The notes under the pieces were generated by a model. The model searched no databases, was not told where the DNA came from, and was given only the letters and a program-made list of their open reading frames with translations. Positions 27,502 through 33,019 of a stretch of DNA of 33,019 nt are shown piece after piece (within the stretch, counting starts at the first letter, position 1; the number at the start of each line of letters is the position of its first letter). The stretch is from positions 1 through 33,019 of the IMG/VR virus record IMGVR_UViG_3300035531_000018, one strand, 5' to 3'. Position numbers and translations under genes: made by a program. The stretch comes from a virus (Duplodnaviria; Caudoviricetes).

Positions 27502-27853
27502 CTTGCGCCTCCTTATCGTGGATGTTGGCTATGATTTCACCGTTTTGTGAAGCGAAAAACATAATGTATGCTAAGTCACCATCTTCTAAAGGAACTGCAC
27601 TAAATGAACCGCTTTCAAATTGTATTTTACAATCAATAGTAGTGTTTTCCATTTTATCTTTAACTTTTATTATATCCCCCTCAAATATCTCTTTGCCGTT
27701 TTTGTCATAAAGTCCTGTGGATTGTTCGAGGATGTATCTATCTTGCTTTAATTCTATTGTCTTATCTTTAGCATTAACAATAGTTGGAAATGGTGCAAAG
27801 CATACATATTTATTATCTAATTTATTCCACGCTCTAAACTTAATCGTTCTCAT
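27494..27853 (-). CDS. YopX family protein
   Basis: IKFRAWNK, QSTGLYDKNGKEIFEGDII, EIIANIHD. Confidence 0.93.
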   Translation of the reverse strand: MRTIKFRAWNKLDNKYVCFAPFPTIVNAKDKTIELKQDRYILEQSTGLYDKNGKEIFEGDIIKVKDKMENTTIDCKIQFESGSFSAVPLEDGDLAYIMFFASQNGEIIANIHDKEAQDV

Positions 27854-28079
27854 CTTTAGCCTCCAAATAAGACCTTAAAGCCTTGTTAATTTCTAAAATC
27901 TCCTCGTTAATATCTTCAGGGCTAACCTTGTCATTCACATATAATTTTATTAACTCGTTTTTTCTCTTATACAATTTAATAATATTGTCTTTTCTATCAA
28001 TAATTGCATACAAATTACTTTCAGTTTTTAGAATGTAATCTATAAGTTCTTGTTTGCTTAATTTTTCAATGTTCATCAT
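27840..28079 (-). CDS. Hypothetical protein
   Basis: Likely start MMNIEK; overlaps its neighbours. Confidence 0.65.
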   Translation of the reverse strand: MMNIEKLSKQELIDYILKTESNLYAIIDRKDNIIKLYKRKNELIKLYVNDKVSPEDINEEILEINKALRSYLEAKDEND

Positions 28080-28446
28080 CCATTCTCCCCTCATAAAATC
28101 GGCCTATTAGGGTTATTAGGTGTGGGGGTAAACTTGCGTTGAAACCTATTTCACCTTCATAACAGACAACAATAACTCTTTTTTTAATATATTCTTTACC
28201 GTTCATATCTCGCTTTTTAAGCCCTGTATAAAATGCAGTTCCAAATTCTTTGTTTTCATATAATACATCAGTATCATAATACTCACTCAACGCATCGCAC
28301 ACCTCTTGCTCGGTCGGTGGGGTTAGGTTATCAAGTGTATTTTCTACTATCTGCATATCATTATTACATAACTCCCATTCTTTCAATGTTACATTATTTG
28401 ATAATCTTTCCATTAGATTTCTAAATGCTTCAGTTTGTTTACTCAC
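28066..28446 (-). CDS. Hypothetical protein
   Basis: 126 aa, GTG start with GAGGTG RBS. Confidence 0.75.
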   Translation of the reverse strand: MSKQTEAFRNLMERLSNNVTLKEWELCNNDMQIVENTLDNLTPPTEQEVCDALSEYYDTDVLYENKEFGTAFYTGLKKRDMNGKEYIKKRVIVVCYEGEIGFNASLPPHLITLIGRFYEGRMDDEH

Positions 28447-28603
28447 GTTCTACCACCTCTCTATATTCGTTTACATCTTCTTGATTGTTTACTTCATCTC
28501 TAAATAATTTGTCATTTTTATATCTTTCTACATAACTATCAAAATCTAAATTCTTATTGTCTTTTAACCAGAATGCAAATAATATGCCTAAAATAACTTT
28601 CAT
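28439..28603 (-). CDS. 54-aa hypothetical protein (not in ORF track)
   Basis: MKVILGILFAFWLKDNK...; ATGA overlap with the upstream gene, fills the gap exactly. Confidence 0.6.
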   Translation of the reverse strand: MKVILGILFAFWLKDNKNLDFDSYVERYKNDKLFRDEVNNQEDVNEYREVVERE

Positions 28604-28977
28604 TTTATCTCTCTTTCTATAATTGCAATATCGTTAAATGTATCCCAATCCATTTCTAAATCTATATCTAACCAATTTAATTGTTTTTTTATACTTTTAT
28701 ATACCCTTTGATATCTTTTTATGCGTTTCTCAAGATTTTCTACATATTCAAAATGTTTATTCATTTTTTCTCGATATTCTAAACCAAAATTATCTTTTTC
28801 CATTAACGGTATTGTTGTTATTTTTATAACGTCATCTTTTAACGCTTCCAACTCTTTCGCTTGTTGTGCTTTTTGCTTAACAACCTTCTCAAGTATCTCA
28901 TAAGCCTCTTTATGTTTAGTGCTAATAATGCTATCTTCAAACATCTCTAACGCTTCCATTTCTAATGATTTATTCAT
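28600..28977 (-). CDS. Hypothetical coiled-coil protein
   Basis: Start moved to MNKSLEM, which has an AGGAGG RBS. Confidence 0.75.
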   Translation of the reverse strand: MNKSLEMEALEMFEDSIISTKHKEAYEILEKVVKQKAQQAKELEALKDDVIKITTIPLMEKDNFGLEYREKMNKHFEYVENLEKRIKRYQRVYKSIKKQLNWLDIDLEMDWDTFNDIAIIEREIK

Positions 28978-29257
28978 CTTTGACCTCCTTTGGCATTTGG
29001 TAGATTTGTGTTCCTTTATATGTATATTCAATCAATTCTCTATCTCTTCCTTGAAAATACTCATATCTTGTAATATCACTTTCTTCTATTACGCTTTGTA
29101 TTTCATCAAGCACTTCTAACGCACGTTCTTTTGTTTTGTATGTGCCTAAGTTATAAAATCTATTTGCTGGGTCAAAATGATATTTAATCTCTTTACCTTC
29201 AAGAAAAAACTTATCTATATTTAATAATCTTGTTCTATCCTGCGTTCTAATCCACAT
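28970..29257 (-). CDS. Conserved phage hypothetical protein
   Basis: Start MWIRTQD after AGGAGG; LGTYKTKERALEVLDEI...IYQMPKE is a common Bacillota phage family pattern. Confidence 0.85.
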   Translation of the reverse strand: MWIRTQDRTRLLNIDKFFLEGKEIKYHFDPANRFYNLGTYKTKERALEVLDEIQSVIEESDITRYEYFQGRDRELIEYTYKGTQIYQMPKEVKDE

Positions 29258-29948
29258 TGTTATTTCCCTCCTTAACCAATCTCGGCACACTCTTGCGTAT
29301 CTCGAGCGTTTTCTTGCCTTGTAGTATATTTATAGCGTGTTCGGATCTAATGCTTATTAACAGGCATTTTTCGCCTTTGTAGTAAACGTATTGATAAGGG
29401 TGTGGGGGTGTGGTTAATATTTTCTCTTTTAACCCCTCTTTTAATTGTTTCATAAACAGTCCATCAATATCAGTTTTTTCTTTTTCTAATTGTTCTATTT
29501 CCCAAAGATACCATAAGGTGCTGCCAAAATCATCATTCATATCTGCTTTGTAAAGTTCTTTTAGTTCAATCACCTCATCAAACACAACAAGGTCTTTAAT
29601 GTGCCAAGCGTAGAGTGTATTGCCTTTGCCGTAGTCTTTTAATTCTTTAGTCGTTAGACAACTACCTATACATTCATCGTATTCATAATTTTCACGCATA
29701 TTTATAATTGTTCTTTGTTTACCTATTGTGTAATCTCTAATTTGTCTTGTATAATCTGTTCTTGGTATCTCTTCCCACTCATCAAACTCAAAACTCGCTA
29801 CCACTTTGCCGTTGAGTAAATCATCTTTTGTAATACCTATTTCATTTAAAGACATATTTGATTTGTGTAATTGTTCAGGCATATCAGTATAATGTTGTTC
29901 ACGCCATAAATACGGCTTACTCTTTGGTATATATATTAGTGTTTTCAT
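29247..29948 (-). CDS. ASCH/PUA-like protein, apparently circularly permuted
   Basis: LNGKVVASF, SCLT..EL.DY, LYAWHIKDL and PPHPYQYV come first; LLISIRSEHAINILQGKKTLEIRK is at the C-terminus. Confidence 0.8.
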   Translation of the reverse strand: MKTLIYIPKSKPYLWREQHYTDMPEQLHKSNMSLNEIGITKDDLLNGKVVASFEFDEWEEIPRTDYTRQIRDYTIGKQRTIINMRENYEYDECIGSCLTTKELKDYGKGNTLYAWHIKDLVVFDEVIELKELYKADMNDDFGSTLWYLWEIEQLEKEKTDIDGLFMKQLKEGLKEKILTTPPHPYQYVYYKGEKCLLISIRSEHAINILQGKKTLEIRKSVPRLVKEGNNNVD

Positions 29949-29949
29949 A

Positions 29950-30252
29950 TCACAACTCCCTCTCCTTGCTCTTTACTTTATAAATCAAATCAGCAATTTC
30001 ATCTGCTTCGATATAACCTACAACATCATCATCTAAATCTTTGATAAAATCTTTTGTTACCCAATTACCGTTTTTATCCCATATAGCAATTTCTGCGTTC
30101 TTGCATTCCATTTTTCTTGGTGTTCTTTCAACTGCTATTGCGTTATCAAGATTATAATTTTCACAATAATTTCCATAACCAATTTGAACGGATATAATGA
30201 GCCCGTTTTCAAACTCTAAATGAAAACCTTTACCATTAATAATTTTAATCAT
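29950..30252 (-). CDS. Hypothetical phage protein
   Basis: Likely start MIKIING; FENGLIISV..G.GNYC, AEIAIW, DDVVGY. Confidence 0.8.
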   Translation of the reverse strand: MIKIINGKGFHLEFENGLIISVQIGYGNYCENYNLDNAIAVERTPRKMECKNAEIAIWDKNGNWVTKDFIKDLDDDVVGYIEADEIADLIYKVKSKEREL

Positions 30253-30389
30253 CACAAATCCCTCTCTTTCCATTTATCATATTCGTTATCTAATTCTTCC
30301 TCCACCTCTTGCTCTTCTTCCTCATTCTCTGGTGGGTCGATAGGGCGTTGCTGTTTTAGTAATGTGCGTTCCCATTTGGTTAGTTTCAT
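30252..30389 (-). CDS. 45-aa acidic protein (not in ORF track)
   Basis: GGAGG RBS; MKLTKWERTLLKQQRPIDPPENEEEEQEVEEELDNEYDKWKERDL. Confidence 0.7.
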   Translation of the reverse strand: MKLTKWERTLLKQQRPIDPPENEEEEQEVEEELDNEYDKWKERDL

Positions 30390-30643
30390 TGTGTGCCTCC
30401 CTTGCTTAATTTTCTACATAAATTTAACTCATATTCATTTAATTTTTCTTTTTTACCGTTAACCCATTTATAACAATGACTATCATTTGTATATTTTATA
30501 TATTCATATGGTTCGATTAGATTAAATTTATTTCTTTCAAGGATAAGGTAATCAAATTCACTTTTTTGTGTTTTAGTATGATATACCCACATATTGCTTG
30601 TGCATTCCCAAGCAACATTATTTGCAAAATATGTCTTTTTCAT
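30386..30643 (-). CDS. Hypothetical protein
   Basis: 85 aa, AT-rich, ATGA overlaps at both ends. Confidence 0.65.
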   Translation of the reverse strand: MKKTYFANNVAWECTSNMWVYHTKTQKSEFDYLILERNKFNLIEPYEYIKYTNDSHCYKWVNGKKEKLNEYELNLCRKLSKGGTQ

Positions 30644-30747
30644 TCCCTTTCCACCTTCCCATCACAATAGATACATTGTGTGCCTTCTAGCTTAGTGTCA
30701 GCGCTATATTGCTCTTTGTTACATTTGGTGCAGATGTATGTTGTCAT
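30640..30747 (-). CDS. 35-aa Zn-ribbon protein (not in ORF track)
   Basis: MTTYICTKCNKEQYSADTKLEGTQCIYCDGKVERE has two CxxC pairs. Confidence 0.75.
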   Translation of the reverse strand: MTTYICTKCNKEQYSADTKLEGTQCIYCDGKVERE

Positions 30748-30748
30748 C

Positions 30749-30961
30749 CTACTCCACCTCCACGCCTAACACTGTCAACACTTCGATAATCTTGTCTTGA
30801 CCATAGCCTTCATCAACTAACTTCTCGATCAAGTCGGTTAGCTCGAAGCCGTTGTCTTGTAAATAGTTCCTGTTTGTTAGCCAACGCTCGTTTGTGTCGA
30901 ACGCCTTGTTTTCTTCATATGCCTCAATAAATCTACTTACTTCTAATTTGCTTATTTGCAT
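30749..30961 (-). CDS. Hypothetical protein
   Basis: 70 aa, AGGAGG RBS. Confidence 0.75.
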   Translation of the reverse strand: MQISKLEVSRFIEAYEENKAFDTNERWLTNRNYLQDNGFELTDLIEKLVDEGYGQDKIIEVLTVLGVEVE

Positions 30962-30972
30962 TTCAATCCTCC

Positions 30973-32181
30973 TTATAAATAATCAAATATATCATACTCA
31001 ACAATAGCACTTTTGATTCTTGCTTTTGCTATTTCTAAATATTCTTCTTCTAACTCACATCCTATATAGTGCATTTTTTCTTTTTTACAAGCGATAGCGG
31101 TCGTTCCACTACCCATATAAGGGTCAAGGACTAAACCGCCTTTAGGCGTAACTAATCTTACTAAATAACGCATAAGGTCGATAGGTTTAACAGTTGGATG
31201 GATGTTGCGTTTGATTGTCTTACCGCGTTGAAATGGATTATCAATACTTTTTTCTCTACCATCATTGATAGTGTCTTGTTCAAACCCATACAATCCCATA
31301 TTTCGTTCGCTTTGACTTGCTTTGGCACAATAGAAGAAGCGTGAGGCGGAGCCATTATCATTGTAGCCTTGATTTGTTTTATCTTTCTCGCCCATATCGA
31401 ACATAGCATTTCTACTATCTCTATTACCTGGTCTATATGAACCACCAACATCTGGAAAAATACTCACAACTTCATCACTACCATCGTGAATAACGTTAGC
31501 AGGAAAGCGACCGTTTACGGTGTTACCATTATAATCATTGTCAAAACTACAATTAAATGTATGTTTTTTAGCCTTTGCTGGAGAGTTAAATCTTTCTTCA
31601 GTCCCTACCCTACACTCATCAATATTAATACCGCCAGTGCCATATTTAAGCACGTTCTCGGCTACAGTGCCTTCTAAAGGCTTTCGTGCCATTACAATAG
31701 GCTCTATTGATGGTTTAAGAGCAGTTCCCCAGCCTTCGTATATTTTTGCTAGGTCGGTTGTATATTTAGTTAATTTGCCTTCTATTGCCTTACCCACATC
31801 ATACGACTTTGGAAACCCACTACCATATACCCAAGCAATTTGGTCACGTATCTCAAAACCTGCAAAGCGTAAGCCCATCACTACCCAATCATATGTTCTT
31901 GTTCCTGCGAATGATAACAAGTGTCCACCAGGTTTTAGAACTCTTAAACATTCTTTCCATAATATAGGTTGCGGAACGAAAGCATCCCACTCTTTACCCA
32001 TAAAGCCTTTACCTTTAATATCGTGATAGCCTTTTTCTATCCAGTCTTTCATTACCTCTACAACATCAGGCTCTTTGCCTAAACCATAAGGAGGGTCGGT
32101 CACAATAGAATCAACGCTGTTGTTAGGCATATCTTTTAGTATATCTAAATTGTTACCTAAATATATCTTATCTTTGTCCAT
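30973..32181 (-). CDS. Orphan DNA methyltransferase (N6-adenine/N4-cytosine, beta class)
   Basis: IVTDPPYG catalytic motif at the N-terminus; HPTVKP and LDPYMGSGTT SAM motif at the C-terminus; start MDKDKIY after GGAGG. Confidence 0.95.
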   Translation of the reverse strand: MDKDKIYLGNNLDILKDMPNNSVDSIVTDPPYGLGKEPDVVEVMKDWIEKGYHDIKGKGFMGKEWDAFVPQPILWKECLRVLKPGGHLLSFAGTRTYDWVVMGLRFAGFEIRDQIAWVYGSGFPKSYDVGKAIEGKLTKYTTDLAKIYEGWGTALKPSIEPIVMARKPLEGTVAENVLKYGTGGINIDECRVGTEERFNSPAKAKKHTFNCSFDNDYNGNTVNGRFPANVIHDGSDEVVSIFPDVGGSYRPGNRDSRNAMFDMGEKDKTNQGYNDNGSASRFFYCAKASQSERNMGLYGFEQDTINDGREKSIDNPFQRGKTIKRNIHPTVKPIDLMRYLVRLVTPKGGLVLDPYMGSGTTAIACKKEKMHYIGCELEEEYLEIAKARIKSAIVEYDIFDYL

Positions 32182-32275
32182 TCTTCGTTGCCTCCAATTC
32201 ACGCTCCAACTCTTTAACTTTCTTTTCTAATTCTTGTATTCGCTCGATCATGTATAACTTCACTCTATCTTCCAC
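32168..32275 (-). CDS. 35-aa coiled-coil protein (not in ORF track)
   Basis: GTG start after GGAG; (M)EDRVKLYMIERIQELEKKVKELERELEATKNGQR. Confidence 0.6.
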   Translation of the reverse strand: MEDRVKLYMIERIQELEKKVKELERELEATKNGQR

Positions 32276-32408
32276 GCTTAATCTCCAGTTGCACAATATC
32301 GTATGTTCGCTTGTCTTCTTCAGTCACCACATCATCAGCGAAGAATACCTTAACTTCTTTTTTAGGTATGTCTACATATAGTTCATCATCTATCTTTTTT
32401 AGTTTCAT
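32265..32408 (-). CDS. 47-aa hypothetical protein (not in ORF track)
   Basis: MKLKKIDDELYVDIPKKEVKVFF...; fills the gap with overlaps. Confidence 0.6.
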   Translation of the reverse strand: MKLKKIDDELYVDIPKKEVKVFFADDVVTEEDKRTYDIVQLEIKRGR

Positions 32409-32571
32409 CTAGCCACTCACCTAACGCTTCCTCTAATGCCTTGCTCGGTAATCTTCCGTGCAAAACAGCGTTAAGGTGCTGTCTAGTGACCCCTAACGCC
32501 TGTGCTAATTCCTTTTGTGTCATATTAAGTTCAATAAGTCTTATTCTTACTCGACTTGCTACACTCTTCAT
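32386..32571 (-). CDS. XRE/Cro-type helix-turn-helix regulator
   Basis: MTQKELAQALGVTRQHLNAVLHGR. Confidence 0.9.
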   Translation of the reverse strand: MKSVASRVRIRLIELNMTQKELAQALGVTRQHLNAVLHGRLPSKALEEALGEWLDETKKDR

Positions 32572-32758
32572 TTACTACCCTCCCACAGTTTGTAATATTG
32601 ATACTAAAGCCTTGATACATTATGCGCTCGCCTCTAAGCACGTTATACTGGTTATCAGGCAACATAACCTGTCTCGGTATAAAACCGTGTCTCTTAACAA
32701 AACAATCTACCTCATCTAAAACCATTTGAATTAACTCTTTGACTGTGCATTTAGCCAT
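32531..32758 (-). CDS. Hypothetical protein
   Basis: 75 aa, AGGAGG RBS. Confidence 0.7.
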   Translation of the reverse strand: MAKCTVKELIQMVLDEVDCFVKRHGFIPRQVMLPDNQYNVLRGERIMYQGFSINITNCGRVVNEECSKSSKNKTY

Positions 32759-32853
32759 TCTAAATACCTCCTTATATTTTTTCCCTCTTTAGGGTCGAGT
32801 CCTTGTTCGTTGCACCAGTTGATATATGCTTGGTGTTGTTGTTCAATGTTCAT
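32731..32853 (-). CDS. 40-aa hypothetical protein (not in ORF track)
   Basis: MNIEQQHQAYINWCNEQGLDPKRGKNIRRYLEWLNAQSKS; GAGGTG RBS. Confidence 0.65.
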   Translation of the reverse strand: MNIEQQHQAYINWCNEQGLDPKEGKNIRRYLEWLNAQSKS

Positions 32854-32995
32854 ACACGACCACCTCATCAGGTTGCATCATTGTGTAGAACGTATCGCAC
32901 GCTAGATCGTAGTTCTTGTAGAACGTGCCATCTATCACGTAGCCACCTTTGACTTGGTGCATTGCTAAACCTTGGTCTGTTAATAAAACTAGCAT
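32843..32995 (-). CDS. 50-aa hypothetical protein (not in ORF track)
   Basis: MLVLLTDQGLAMHQVKGGYVIDGTFYKNYDLACDTFYTMMQPDEVVVYEH; spans the terminal repeat. Confidence 0.7.
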   Translation of the reverse strand: MLVLLTDQGLAMHQVKGGYVIDGTFYKNYDLACDTFYTMMQPDEVVVYEH

Positions 32996-32998
32996 AAT
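32873..32998. repeat. Direct terminal repeat, copy 2
   Basis: Identical to 1-126. Confidence 0.95.
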
Positions 32999-33019
32999 AA
33001 ATCACCAAAATATTTAATA

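Noticed and set aside
3547-31451. Nested minus-strand ORFs 3547..3732, 4852..5076, 23285..23512, 31161..31451
   Set aside because: Out-of-frame ORFs inside conserved genes with no independent support.
820-32719. All plus-strand ORFs in the track (e.g. 8774..9304, 31538..32026, 20296..20520)
   Set aside because: They are antisense shadows of well-supported minus-strand genes, with no RBS or recognisable motifs.
687-32995. Alternative genetic code (TGA or TAG recoding)
   Set aside because: Long conserved genes are intact under code 11, and TAA, TAG and TGA all end genes at sensible boundaries.

Overview
The window looks like one complete small tailed-phage (Caudoviricetes) genome. Bases 1-126 recur at 32873-32998, giving a circle of about 32,872 bp, followed by a 21-nt divergent tail. 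All credible genes are on the minus strand, in three apparent operons, each bounded by a sigma-A-type promoter and an intrinsic terminator. (1) Early/accessory: 578 -> across the circular junction -> 26470, with XRE HTH, DNA methyltransferase, an ASCH-like protein, YopX and VRR-NUC. (2) Late: 26006 -> 7864, with terminase, portal, head, neck, a very reduced tail, a large receptor-binding protein and a membrane-protein cluster. (3) Replication: 7575 -> 687, with exonuclease, Sak4-like ATPase, SSB-like protein, PrimPol-D5 primase-helicase and SF2 helicase. AGGAGG ribosome-binding sites and standard code 11 suggest a Bacillota-type host. I recognised no integrase, endolysin or normal-length tape measure, which fits a wall-less Acholeplasma/Izemoplasma-like host, though this is inference. 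Highlights are a type II hammerhead ribozyme at about 192-265, an apparent ultra-short tail module, an endolysin-free membrane cassette, a circularly permuted ASCH protein, twin inverted-repeat elements flanking the late operon, and apparent absence of CCGG. All protein calls come from motif recognition by eye; no database search was run.
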